This document shows positions 29,201 through 44,200 of a stretch of 64,000 nucleotides of DNA, piece by piece. Positions within the stretch are counted from its first letter, which is position 1; every line of letters begins with the position of its first letter. Location of the stretch: the NCBI GenBank assembly GCA_963666285.1, contig OY762711.1. One strand, written 5' to 3'. Under the pieces are notes generated by a model. It searched no databases. It was not told the origin of the DNA and worked only from the letters and a program-made list of their open reading frames with translations. Position numbers and translations under genes: made by a program. Origin of the DNA: Sedimentisphaerales bacterium. Lineage in GTDB: Bacteria; Planctomycetota; Phycisphaerae; Sedimentisphaerales; SM23-30.

Positions 29201-32200
29201 AAATGGTTCTGGATAAGATAGCCACTGGTCGGAATCGTAACGCCTGCTTATGACAGCATTATCGCCAACAATAACATCTGCATCATCACCACCATCGATT
29301 GTATCGCTGCCGTCAACAGCGTCGAACATGTTGTGACCGCCGAAGATATCATCCTGACCGGCGTTACCATAGATAGTGTCATCACCCTGCTGGCCCATAA
29401 TGAAGTCATCACCATCGCCACCAGATAAGGTATCGTTACCACCGGTGATATCATCGGCCAGACTAACCATACGTTCGTTTGGATCTGCGGTACTGTTGTA
29501 TGAGCCGTAATCGCCAAGGATATGGTCGGAACCGGCACCGGCAGAGATGGTGTCATCACCAAGACCGCCAAAGATTACATCATCGCCCTGGCCGGTAGTT
29601 ACAGTATCATCATCACCAGAGAGATAATCAATAGTTTCGATTGTAATAGACGTTATGGCGGCATCAAGCGTATCGTATTGAGCCGAGGCATTGTCAGCAG
29701 CAACAAAAGCAGCTGTTTCAGCTTCAGCAGTGACATTGTCTTTACCAGAACCGGCAATAACAACGGCATGGCTGGAAGTAATATTAACAGTATCATCACC
29801 ATAATAATCCGGATCGACAGCCTGGACATTATACAGTACAAAACCGGTTTCAGAGTTACGGGAATACGTAATAGTTCCATTATCAGAAATAACAGAGCTC
29901 AGGCCGCCGGTAATAGTGATATCGTCACTGCCGGAACCGGCAATAACGTCGTTTATGCCAGTACCAAGTTCTATGGTATCATCGCCGCCGAGAGCAGTGT
30001 CTATTGCAGAGAAGTTTGTAATCAGTGCAGTATTATCGCTGCTCTCAAACTGGATAGAGGCCCGATCACCAGCGACAGTATGATTGCCGGTGGCAGCTTT
30101 GATGGTATCGGAGCCGAGCCCGCCAATGGCAACGAGGCTACCGATGAGTCCGTCAATGATATCATCGCCGAAGCCTGGTGCTTCGACTGAAGATATGTCG
30201 TTATAGAGCCAGATATTCTCAGCCGAGGTATTTACAGCGAGTCCATTACCAAGAACAAAGTTATCAGTTGTTACCAGGCCGCGGTCAGCAATAATAATAT
30301 CATCAGCCTGGGAGCCGGTAATGGTATCATTGCCCTGGCCGCCGAAGATAATAAGCGGCAGTGTAGACTGAGAGGCCTCGACAGTATCATTATCAGAAGC
30401 AGAACCGGTTAACAGATTTCTGCCCTGGGTATCAACGATCAGCCGACCATCTGAGCTATCGGCAAGAGATATGGCAACAGAGTCATCGCCAAGACCGGTG
30501 ATAAGACCGGTGACAGTCTGGATACCCTGGCGATAATGAGCGGCATCAATATTCACGGTATCGGCACCAGAGCCGAGGAAGTAAGTTATGCCGTTAACAA
30601 AATCGCCAGCCGGATTGGCGGAATAGCTAATAGTGCCGGGTGCCAGGTTTATGATGGAAATTTCGCCGCTGACTGCAGTATCATCTGGAGTGTTGGTAAT
30701 CCTGATATCATCGTAATCGGCAGTGTCGGATTCGTTACTAACCTGGAGAGTATGGCTACCGGAACCTGCGATAATGTTCAGATTTCCATTTATGGCATTT
30801 ACGTTGCCGGTGAGATAATCATTATGTTCGGCATTAGTCAAAGCCGCATCAGAAGATACATAAATACTTTCGTCACCATCATTCAAAGTGAGCGTGGTAT
30901 TAGCAGAGGTAGATTTGACATTGACAATTTCTGAGCCAAAACCAAGGTTGACATTGAGGAAAGCGATATTGTAATAATTTATCGCATCTTCAAGGGACAG
31001 GCCGGTAATGGCGTCCGAGGTGAGATTCAGGATATCATCATCAGTACTCGCGGTATTGTCAACATTAACGGTATCAAGACCGGAGCCATTTATAACGAGC
31101 AGGCTGTTAATGTCTGCGACAGTACCGTTGGTATCCGGAGCATTTGTTCCAATATTAACCTGGTCGGCACCAGCAGAATTATTAAGCTCGGTATAACCTG
31201 AAATTTTCTTAATATTGATCTGGTCGTTACCGACAGCAGAATTGATAATTGTCTTTTCCAGGTGGGTATCGATAATGTCAATAATATCATTTCCAGAACC
31301 GGCCAGCAATTCAATCTGTTCGAATGAAGTGTAGAACAGTCCGCTTTCTGAAAGGCCAAAGCCAGTGATGATATCGGCATTAAGAACAGCTGTATTGTCA
31401 ACAGTATCGCCGGAATCATCAAGATACAGGATATCTGAGCCGATACCGGCTTCCAATGCCAGGTAATCATCGATAGAATCAACAGTATTAGAATCATCGG
31501 ATATAGTGACAGTATCATCATCGGCACCGGTATCGAGGTTAAGCTGTCCCTGGATAGTCTTAATAGAAACAATATCATTACCAGAGTGAGTATTGATAGA
31601 GTTTGTGCCGGTAATGATGCTTTCAACTGTAACATTATCTGCCGCTTTGCCGGTGTTCAGGTAGAAGGCTTCGAAATCGGCATAAGTGATACTTTCGGAA
31701 AGATTACTGATGCCGAAACCGGAAACAGTATTGCCGGTGACAGTACCAAGGCTGTCGAGAGACTCGTCGGAATCATCGAAGAATATAGTGTCATCACCAC
31801 TACCGGCAGAAACTGCCAATGAACCGCTGATGTCGTTCAGCAGTCCGCTATTACCTGTAACGCTTTCAGTAGAATCATAGAGAGAACCAATGCTGACAGT
31901 ATCATTATCATTACCGGTATCAATTTGGATTTCACCGCTGACAGAAAGAATTTCGACAATGTCATCGCCACTATTGGATGAGATATTTGCAGCAGTTGAA
32001 TGGGTAGAGTGGACAGTAAACCTATCGGCACCATTGGAGAGGGAGATATCGATATTCTCAAGCTGTGAATAGTAGATACCAAACCCGCTCATGCCAAGAC
32101 CGGAGATCAGAGTATCAGTAAGCTGACCAATATTGGAGTTGTAATCACCAGAGTCATCAAGAGATAACAGGTCGGTTCCGGCACCACTGCCGGCGTAGAT

Positions 32201-35200
32201 ATTCAGCCTGCCGGAGATACTGTCGAGAGTACCGGAGGTATTCGAAGAATCATGAGCATTGGAACCAACGTTAATCGTATCAGAGCCGCTACCGGTATAG
32301 ATACTGGTAATATCGGTATCATTTCTCCTGACATTTATAATATCATTACCGGAGCCCAGGTAGATATTTGCATTTTCCATATCATGGAAGACTAAACCTG
32401 CCGGATATACAACATTACTAATAGTTGCAGAGTCTGGCAAATTGAAACCATAGAAATTATCACCGGTTAAAACACCACTCTGTGCGGAATTAACGCTGTC
32501 ATTATAGATATTCAGGGTATCCTGAGACTCCTGCTCATTTATGTCAATGCCGGTGTTATTATCGAAAGACTCATCATCTTCGTTTTCACCCGGCAAAGTA
32601 ACGGGATCATACAGGGCACTAAGATCATCATCCTGACCACTCCCACCTTCAATCCTGACAGGACCGTTTATGCCGTCAAGATTGTTATTGGCAACCAGGT
32701 TATCGCCAGAGCCGGTAACGACAAGATCGTTGAGATTTACACCTGCCGGTGCACCACCGATATTGAAAGTATCATTCCCGAAGCTGCCGAGCAGAACAGT
32801 TGAAAATACAGAGCTGGTAGAGAGAACATAGATACTATCATCACCAAGCTCACCGTCAAGCAGCAGGGTCTCAACGTTATTCATTTTAACATCAAGTCCT
32901 GCACCATAGATATGGTCCTCAGTGACAACAAAAATATCATCAAGCTCGGTACCAAAGAGTACAAGACGGTCGTTTCCATCACCACCATCAATATAAACAG
33001 GTGAATTTACGGCATATTTGAAGGTATCAACGCCCTGACCGCCAGAAATATTGGTTGTACGGTCAACGAAGGCACGAACAATAAAGGTATCATCGCCATC
33101 TTCGCCATTGAGGTTCAGAGTAGCAAGGTTATGATAGATATTAAATTCGTCATTACCATCACCAGAGTTGACAGTAGTTTCATAACTAACGCCATTGGTG
33201 AGATAACCCTGGGTAACCTTGATAGTAGCAGGTCCGGACGGCTGAGTTGCATAAAGCTGGCCGACCTGGATACGGTCTGCGCCGATTCCGGTGTTAATCT
33301 CTGTGAGAGCGGAATTATCATCTACTGCCACGGTATCATCGCCGTCAAGAGTATTGATAACCAGCTGATCGATAGCATTATTGTAAGAAATCAGCTCATA
33401 ATCATCGGCATAAAGCTGTTTGCCGTACTGATTGAAGCCGTCCGGATGGACCAGAGCGATATAGTCCAGGCGTGACAGTAAGGTATCGTCATTGCCTGTG
33501 GCATTGACAGTGAGGGTATCAGAACCAGTTATGCCGGAATCGAGTATGCTTATATCACTGCTGCCGGTACCTGAGAGATTTATAGTATAGCTATCAGAAC
33601 TATTAGCACCATCGAGCAGCCAGCTTTGAATACCGACGGTATAAGAGACTGTATTTATTACAAACTGATCGCTAGCGGTATTGCCGTATGCCTCGAGCGG
33701 CACATTAAACACATTGTTAATTTCGATGTAAGTACCGGCATTCTGACTGTCACTATCACCCTGAAGGACAATTTTCTGAGCGTTTTGGACACTATCACTA
33801 TTGTAAACATAAATATCACCGGGAACATTAAACCTGACTGTGCCGGATGGAGCCTTGATAAGATTGTCACCACCGGACAGCGATAAATCATTGCCGGAAA
33901 CCTTAGAACGATTAATAGTAAAGGTAATATCGCCGGCGGCCGATTCCATGACAAGATTATCAGTCAGGGTAAATGAACCGCTACTGTAAGCAATATCGAT
34001 ATTATTCAAGGTATTTATATTCAGTACCGGGCTATTGGCAGTATTGAAAGTAAAATCAAGGTCACTCTGGGCAGAACCAACCGCCCCGTTTGGAGCAGAG
34101 ATAAGTATATTGTCAGAAATTAGATCTCTAACAGAATCGACGATATCGTCAAGAACAGAGCCGTTATCAGTGGATAGCACAATAGCAGTATCAGATGAAA
34201 CAGTACCAACAATTATATTACCATTTGAGGTATGGATATCAACCGTACCATCAGCTGAAATTGTACCAATAACAAGGTCGGCAGCATTGAACTGTCTGGT
34301 TCCTTTGCTGATCGAACCTTCATCCTGATTGATAGTAATATCGCCCGGAGCATAAGCTGAAAGAGTACCGGTTGCGGCAATAGTAACATTAAACGGTGAA
34401 ACACCGTCAGTACTTTCGATATCGCCGGAAGATATAAGTATAACATCATCCAACGTGGCAACAGCACCGCCGGAGGAAGCAGCATCATCGAGAATACTAC
34501 CGTCAGAGACAATCCTGACTTTCCCATTCGAGTGAATTCCGGCTATAGAAATATCACCCTCTGTTTCCAGAGCAACACCACCTGCAGAATCAACAATTAT
34601 GGTTCCAGAAGCTTTAACATTGACATCAGCCCAGGTTTGTAATACCAGGCTGGTAACAACATTTATATCAGCTACAATCTGGCCGGATTTGAGGTCGGCT
34701 GTACTGCCGGAGGCATTGGTATAGTCATAGCTGAAAGGTTTCCAGGTCTGCTGATCGGAATAATCCTGGGCAGCCAGGTTAACTGACCCGTTTGCTCCCT
34801 GGTATTCATACAGGCCATACCTGGCACTGTCATACTGCATCAGTACAAGCTGGCCGGTATTAATTGAAACAACCTGATCTGTTTTTTCCAGATTGGTAAT
34901 GAAATCATAATTTATCTGAGTCCAGCCCGGATCAGTAAAGTCAACCATAGACAGGTCAACAGAATTTGCATTGGAGCCAGAGTAAACATACATGGCATAC
35001 TGGAAGCCAAAGATATCATCAACGGTTGCAGATGCCAGCAACTGTTTCTGGCTGTCAGTCAGCAAAGGATCATCAAAACCATTTGACAGGTCGATATAAA
35101 CCGGCTCGGTAATAAAGCCTACCTGACTATCAGTGCCAGAAGTTGTTATTGTAATATTATTGGCAGAAATATTCAGTAACTCTGCAGAAGAACCAGTACT

Positions 35201-38200
35201 GCCACGAACATAGGCGTCAGGATAAAGATATTTCATCAGGGACGGAGACAGAACAAAATCTGCACTCTGGAGTTCGCCGTCGGCAATTTTGGCCTGAACT
35301 TCAGGCGTCAGGTCGGCGGTATTAATCACTGAAGATGGGTTATACTGTTCGGAAATACTATCCAGAACAGAACCGGAAATCACATCAAGAACAACATCAC
35401 CGGTTTCAGAAAGAATTGATATATCAACATTATCTCTATACTCAGGCTGAAGCAGGTTAAGATCTCCGGCGACTTCGGTAACATAGATATCACCATCAGA
35501 CAGAACAGACAATCCTCCGGAACCGGCAACATCGCTATCGATCAGAAGCGGCTGAGCAGCAGAACCTACAGAGCCGTTATCAGCATATATTTCAATTCGA
35601 TTACCAGAAATAATCGAGTTCTGATCGTAAGCGATAATACCATCAGGAGCATTAATATAGATATTACCATCAGTAGTGATAGACTCAACACGAAGCTGGT
35701 TGTCATCGCTGCCGGTAGAAATAACGTTAATAACAATATCACCGGTAGTATTGAGGTTAATCGGGTCATGACCACCCTCAACATTTATAACAACAGAACC
35801 TGCCGCCAGAACCGGGTCAGTATCAGCCTTGGAAACTGAAGAAGTTTTTGTAGTACTGCCGGTAATAATTGTCGGTGAAACGCCAAACACCGCTACAGTA
35901 TCAACCCCAGAGATAGAACCGGATTTTGAATTTAAGGTAACACTGCCTTGCTCAGGAGAGGTAATATTTCCCTGCATGTAGATTGACCCGACACTGGTAA
36001 TGTTAATCGAAGGTGTATCAGAGCCATGGACAAATGTAATATCAATCGGATAATCAGCTTTGAGGGCATGCGTATAATAATCTACCTTACCGCTGATCTC
36101 TGTTATCTTGGTATGGACGGTTTTTTTCCTGAGCCAGCCACCGCCGGTAGTCCACTGAACCACACTGTAGGAACTATTAACATAGTCCTTGTCATATTTA
36201 TCTAAAGTCGGATCTTCGAATTGATCGCCAACAACAACCCCATTAGGCGTCCATAGAGTAGTATCAGTAAAATCTACGGTAGATAACAATACACTATCAA
36301 TCTGTTCGGTACCGGTAAATTTATAAACAACAAAGTTGGTATCTCTTACCTGGGTAACACCCGGTACAAGGTCTACCCCGGTATTGTCCTTCTGCTCGTA
36401 ATCAATGGCATACACGGTACCATCAGCATAGTCAGGCATCTCACTTGTACCAGCCATAACCAGTGATTCAGATTCAAGCAGCGGCTGACCGTCAATATAT
36501 TTAGTTACCTGCCAGGCATAACTGTTATCCTTACTGAGCCAATCAGCGAGGGCATTATCACCGAAAAGGTTGAAGCTGTTCTTTTCATACTTAGTAACAG
36601 TAACATCAAGCAGTTCCTGCCCCTCGACCCAGACATAATACAGGCCTTCCCTGGTTTCATATTGAATACTATCATTTATGCCATGAGTTGCAGAAGCGTT
36701 TTGGTCAAGTGTGTAGCTGATGGTAGAGACAATACCACCTTCAGAAGAGCCGGTGGAAGTCTTTTCGCCATTATATACATTTTCCAGGACAGTATCACCG
36801 CTAACTACATATTCGGTTTTGACAAGGGTAGCAGTATCAATAATAGTAATCTTACCAACCCGGTCTGTTGTAGTATCAATTTCACCAAGTATAAGCTCAT
36901 AGGCACTATTGTTAACAATTTCGACACTGGTATAGCCATGAGCAACACGGATTTCGCCGTTGCCAGTACTCATTATCTGACCAGCCAGAGTGATATTGCC
37001 ACCAGCTGGAATAATATCGTCAAGTACGATAGCCTGCTTAGCAGCATCGAAATAGCCATCAACCGGAACATTATACTCACCGAAAGAAAGGCCATCCAAA
37101 GCGTTGCCTTTGGCATCTGTGAAAGTAACAGTCTGATTGCCAGGATTGAAATCAGCATCAATAGTAAGAGTGATAGTATCAACACCACTCTGGATCAAGC
37201 CGTTAACATTGAGATAACGAGCGGTAATGGATATGTTACCCTGGGCTAGGATAGCCGAACTGCTCTGGTCAATTGCATCATCCAGCCCGGAAACACCACC
37301 GGTATAACTATAATATGTAATTGGATCGGAGCTGTTGTAGGCAGATTCTCTGAGTGCGGTATAGTCGATATACTGGCGAGGATCGCTGCCAGTATGGAGC
37401 CAGTCGTCCGAGTTCAGATTGAAATCAACACCAGCATGGATTTCAACCTGCTCAGCCCTAATTTCGCCATTTACGTTAATACTACCCTCAACATTACTGA
37501 TATATACATCACCATTTTCATTTACTATATCACCGGTAACATAAATATCCTGACTGATAGAAGGCAGATCAAGACTGCCCAGATCATAAGCACTTGCACT
37601 ATAAGCATCCTGATTAACAGTGATTTCCTTGACGGTATCGGTATCGGTAACACTGGTAAGCTGGTTGTTATTGACATAGACATTACCAGGCTGCTGAACG
37701 GTAAATATACCATCAATAATAGTAACTTTCTTATTATCGCGGATTACAGTATCATTCAGCGACATGGTAAACGGAGTCTTGTTGAGTATCTCAATCTGAG
37801 CCCCGCTGCGAGCAACAAGCTGAGTGCCAACAAGATAGTCGTAGTCAGAAGAATCCTTGCCGTCAACATCAATAAAAATTGAGCCCGGTACAGCATATAT
37901 TTCCGGCAGCTCAATAAATACTGTGTCAAGTTCGGTATTAATAACAGTCGTGGTCTGGCCGTTACTGGTAACGGTTTCAAGCAGGCCAAGATCAGTTAGA
38001 GCCTGGTCAATCAGGTCGAGCTGGACCTGGTAACGTGCCAGTGCCTCAGAATTTGTGGAATGGCTAACCATCCACTGGACGATAGTATTTCGCTGCTCAA
38101 CAAGTAAATTACCCATATTCACAAATGATAAGGTCGGTGCATCCATAGCAACCGGCTTGATAACATAGAATTTACCCTGCAATTCATCCTTGAATATGGC

Positions 38201-41200
38201 AGTAACATCACTGTCATAAACGGCATTATCTTCTACCTGTTCATCTGTCAAGGTTGCGCCAAGATGTTCCCACCTGGAGGTATCAGAGAAATCTTCATTC
38301 TGCAGAATAATACTATCAGAATTGCTTTCCAGCGAATTCAGGTCAGAGTCAGAACCAGAGCCGATATAGCTGTAGTAATGATCGACAATGCCACCGCTGT
38401 TATAACCGGAGATAACTTTAATTATCGTATCAGATGTAATATTGAAGCTAATATCATCAAGGTTTATCGCGGCATATTCATAATTCAGACTGACATCGAG
38501 GCCTAAATCGGCTTTTTCACTATCAGTTAGAGGCTGGCCTAACCTAGCAGGGTCAAGCTGAGCTTCACCATTAAGGGTCATAGGCAGAATATGCAGGAGC
38601 GTAACATTGTTTACACCGGCTTCAATACTGACAGTATCCGCGATTGTAACATCATTTACACTGGAAACAGATTTTTGGCCGGTAACCTCTTCACCATAAG
38701 GGATAAGAGATAATGACAGCGATAAACCGCTGGTAGCGGCCCTGTCAGAACCGCCCAGCCCTTCTACGGCGGTAAGCTGAACATCTTCGAGCGACCGGAT
38801 AATGGTGTTTCCGGTCAGATTGACGGTATTAGTCTCGGCGATATACGACTGCGGGTTCGGCAGTACGATATTTGGTGCCAGAGAAGCAGCTGTCAGCTCG
38901 GTATTGGCAAGGCTATCGATCAGATTTGGAATCAAACCGCTGCTTTGACCGGCGAATATGTTGATATCGCTGCCCTTGATAGTTGAATTATTAACTGTGA
39001 TGCTATTATCAGCGTGAGTATCAGCTTTGGCCTCGGCAGAAACCAGTGTGGAAACGGCCGCGATAGAAAGCATATTAGCGGAAGGATTGGCACTTGAGTT
39101 TGTCTTTGCCCCAAGAGAAACATCGCCAGAGACGTTTTCCAGGACCGCACCATCAAGGTTAATGGAGCTGTCGGTATAGGTCGTAATAACAGACTCGCCA
39201 ATCGAGAGGCCAAGCCCGGAAACAGTTTCGATCCTGATATTATCGATAGCCAGCACATCAGTTAAGGCATCGATCTGGATTATGCCGGGCGAGGAATTGC
39301 TGCCATTGGCTTTTAGCGTTGTGCCCTGTCCGACATTAACAACGGCCTGGAATTTATCATCAGATTTACCAATATCAGTAGAACTTATTAGAACAGACAC
39401 ATTGCCAATCCCGGCAGAACCGGTACGCAGGTTGCTGGAATCGGCATAGCGGTCTTTAACCAGCTTATTAACGGCATTGATAATGATAATATCAGCATCA
39501 ACAGAGGTATTTTCGCCAATATTTATATTCGCGGAGGTATAGATATCATTGTAAGCACCGGCACCAGCACCAGCAGCCAGGCCAAAGCTATAACTATCGG
39601 CACTGGAATCTACATCCTGCAGGTGATATGCGGTCAGCTGGATAGTATCAACATTTATATCAATATTGTCGCCCAGCTCAACAAGTGTATCCAACTCATC
39701 TGAGATACTGGAATTTGCACCGGCGATACCAATAGCACCGGCTGCACCGGCAACAGTATGGACATGGAGGTCATCATCACTATCAGCATAAACTGTAAGG
39801 AATGAGGTGGAAATAACAGCGTTATCCTTAATAGAGGCTTTAACAGCCCCCTCGGTAACGCTAATATCAGCTACCATAGCACCAATGGCCACACCACCGG
39901 CAGAGCCGCCATCAGCACTGGCTTCAGCGGAAATAGTCGAGACAGCTTTAACCGTTACAGAGTCATTGGTATAAATATCAGAATTACCAATATAGGCATG
40001 AGCCGACGGATTAACAGTTACGAAATTAAACGCGCCTGTACCGGCAACAATACCGGCGGCACCGGAATATACTTCGGCCCTAATATCGGCATCGATCTCG
40101 GCAAAAACTTCAAGATCGTCAACGAGCGACAGAGTCTGCTGGCCAACTTCAACACCATCTGCAATATAGGCATTAACATCGGTTGTATAGGTTGATACAG
40201 CAACAACACCGCCCAAGGCAACAAGACCAAGCGAACCGGAAACACCTTCGGTATGGATATACGGTGAGCTTAAAGCGTGAACAGTTGCCTTTTGTGCCTG
40301 GGCGATCAGTGAACCTGAGCCAATATATGCATTAACCGAACTTTCGATAGTATTGACAACAACCGAGCCGCCGAGAGCAATGGCACCAGCCTGCCCGCTA
40401 AAGGTCAGGTTGTCAATTTCAGCATTATCCGCAGCGTATACTGTGATATCGCTATCGGTCCACAAATCACTTCCGTTTACATAGGAATTTATATCGATAT
40501 CTATCGTATTTACCGAGATGGATGCTCCAACAGCACCAAGCCCGATCTGGGCAGCTCCGGCAACACCTTCGATATAGGAATTGTCTTCGGCTGAAACAGT
40601 TATATCGCCGGAAGCATAAATCTCTGAGCCATTGGTAATACAGGCCCTGGTATCGTTAACTATGGTATTGACAGAAACAGAACCGCCGACAGCTATCATG
40701 GCACCCTGACCGCTGGCAGAGATATTTTTGATATAAGGTGAATTATCAGCATAAACAGTCAGTATATTCACATCGGATACTTCAGTATTGTCAATATAGG
40801 CCTGCAGGTTGTTAGCTATGGTATTGACAGGTACCGCTATGCCATAGGAAGCCGCCGCCGCCAGCTGCACCGAACCGGCAATTGCCTCGATATGGGAATT
40901 ATCAGTTGCAGTGACATATACCCCGTCACTAATCAAATCGGAATTTTCTACTGAGGTAATATTAGAATCGACAATATACGAATTGACATCGTTTACGACA
41001 GTGTTGACAGCTACCGAGCCTCCCTGTGACGCAGCGGCCGAGAGCTGGCCGGAAACCGCAATATTAGCAACCGAGGCATTATCAACGGTCTCGACGCTAA
41101 CCTTTTCAGAAGCCTTAACAGTTGAATTTTCGATATAGGCGTTTATATCTTTAACCGAGGTATTTACAGAAACTGCAACACCCATAGAGGCACCACCGGC

Positions 41201-44200
41201 CTGAATAGCACCGGTTATGGCCGAGATTTTTGAATTATCATCAATTTTGACATTCAAAGTTCCAATATTAACATCAACTGAATCTGACAGGTATGCGGCT
41301 GATTCACTGGTGAGGGTATTAACTGCAACAGAACCGCCGACAGCAGCACCGCCAAGCTGACCGGCAACAGCAATATTATTGATCCTGGTATTGTTTTCAA
41401 CTTGAATAGCCAGTTGGTTATCAACATTAAATACGGTATTATCTGCATATGCATTGACTGTAGAATCAAGAATATTCACACTTACAGCAATACCAACGGC
41501 AGCAACACCGCCCTGGAACGAGCCGGTGATAACGCTATTATTGGAATTGTCTTTGGCAAGAATTTCAGTATCACCGGCGGTAATATTCGAGCCAAAGATA
41601 TACGACTCGGTTGTGCCGGCAACTACATTAACGGCAACAGAACCGCCAACACCTGCTATAGCGGCCTGACCGCTTATAACAATATTATATATAGTTGCTT
41701 CATTGTCAGATTCAAGATTTAGACTGTCGTAGGCAATCACTTTGCTATTGTCAATGTACGCATCTACTTCATTAGCAACAACTGAGACTGATAACGCCCC
41801 GCCAACAGCGGCAAAGGCTGCACCGTTAAAGGCGCCTGTAAAGGTGCCGTTCACAGAGAGATCATGAGCGTCGAGAGTGATATTGTCAGCAGTAACTCCT
41901 TTGTCACCGGTCGTACTGTTGGTAATATAAGCACTGGTATGATTTGCAATGGTATTAACGGCTATTGAACCGCCGACAGAAGCATAAACAGCTGCCCTGC
42001 CGCCAACAGCAACAGAGCCAAGAACAGCCAAGTTATCCGCTTTGATCATTATATCGTTTCCGGCAGACACTTCAGCCGAATCAATGTAAGCTGAGACATT
42101 ATTAACAATGGTATTAACAGAAACCGAGATACCAACCGCGGCATATACCGCGGCCTGGACCGAACCACTGGCAGAGCCAATAACGGAAGTATTTTCTGCC
42201 ATCATATCAATATTGTTATCTGCGTGAACATCTGCATTATTACTGATATACGCTTCGGTATTGCTAACGAGTGTGTTTATGGCAAAGGAACCGCCAACAG
42301 AGGCATAAATTGAAGCCTGACCGGCAACTGCGACATTACCAATTAAAGACATATTCTCAGCTTTGATTGAAATATCATTACCGGCATCAACGGTACTGCC
42401 GTCAATGTATGCCTTGACATCATTGGCAATGGTATTGACTGAAACACCCGCACCAACAGCAGCGTAGACTGCGCCCTGGCCACTACCGGATACACTGCCA
42501 ATGATAGACATATCCCCGGCATAAAGCGAGATATCGTTGGCAGCATCAACATCAGCATCGCCGCTAATACCGGCTATGGTTGAATTGGCAATGGTATTGA
42601 TCGGCAGAGAGCCGCCAACCGCGGCGTACTGGGCAATCTGACCGGCAACCGCAACATTGCCGATTACGGTGCTGTTTTCAGCATAAATATTGATTGTACC
42701 GCCGCCGGTACGAATGACCATAGTAGTTTCAGCGGCATCCGCAACATATTGCAGGTCAACTACTGACTCGGAGTCAGGATTGGTATCACTTAAAGTACCG
42801 GTAACCCGGATAGAGTAATCATCAACCACAACAACGTAATATGTTCTGCCGTCAATCAGCCCTGGCAGGAAACCAATGTCGTTGCTGCTGTAAACCAAAG
42901 TATCGCCGTCATTGAGGTTATGTGGTGATGTAAAGGTTATGGTATCTTCACTGGAAGAGACAGCGGAGGAAGGAATAAAGTCAAGAGTAATCTGTTTTTC
43001 AAAGGTATGATCACTCTCAGTAGCAGGCATTGATATAGTTACGGCATTGCCGGCAACAGCATCGGCATAACTGTCAGCGAGTTTGAAAGAATTTTCATCA
43101 ACATAAATGACATAATATTCCTCATCCTGGTCAAGACCTGTTATTGTAACCTCGCTGCCGCTATGATAGGTAACGATATCGCCTGTAGAGAGTTTATGCT
43201 TAGCCTGGGTTTGAACGACATTATTATCTATATCTGAGCCAGGCTGTACTGTCAGGCTGCTGCTGTAATTGAACTGATAATACGGGTCGAGTTCGGCAAT
43301 ATCAATTGAGGTATCTGCCTGGGCATCGTCAAGTGATTCCGCCAGTTTGATGGTTTTATTATTAACCTTTATGACATAATATGTCTTGTTAGCAGAAATA
43401 TTCTCAATTTCAGATACACCCTGGGTAAATACAATTGCATCACCGGTATCAAAACCGTGATTATTATTAAATGTGATAGTATCAAGAGAATCGCTGACAT
43501 TGACATTACTAAGGGCAAAAGAATGGAGATCGGTTGAGGTTGTATCGGCAAAGACCTTACTATTTTTTATGCCGGAGAATACATCATCTGAAACGGTATT
43601 GACAGAAACAGCCGCACCAATCGCGGCGCCGCCAACGGCAACCTGACCAGAACCGGCGACATTACCGATAACGGCAAGATCATAGGCGTTCATATCAATA
43701 TTACCGGTTGTATAAACATCCGAACCATTTATAATCGCAGCATTGATATCCTGGGCAACAGTATTGACAGTAACAGAACCGCCCAGAGCAAATTTATCAG
43801 CACCCTGACCGCCTAATGCCAGAACAGCAATAATAGAATTGCTATCTGCCAGCAGGTTGATATTAGCGGCAGTGTCGATAGTGCTATTGTCAACCAAGGC
43901 TTCAATAGTGTTGGCGACGGTACAAACCGCCACAGATGCCCCAATAGCGGCTCCACCTGTTGCAACTTGAAGCGAACCGGCAAGAGCAATGTTTATGGCA
44001 TAATCCTCGGCAGTAAGCTCAATATCGCCATAGGAATCAGTGTATACTACTGAGTTGTTTTGTATCCTGGCCTGGGTTTCATTTACTACTGTATTGACCG
44101 TAATAGAACCACCGAGGGCGAATTTACCTGCACCCTGACCACTGATACTGCCTGAGACAATCTCGGAAACATTAAAGGCATCCAACCTTAGAGAGCCGTT

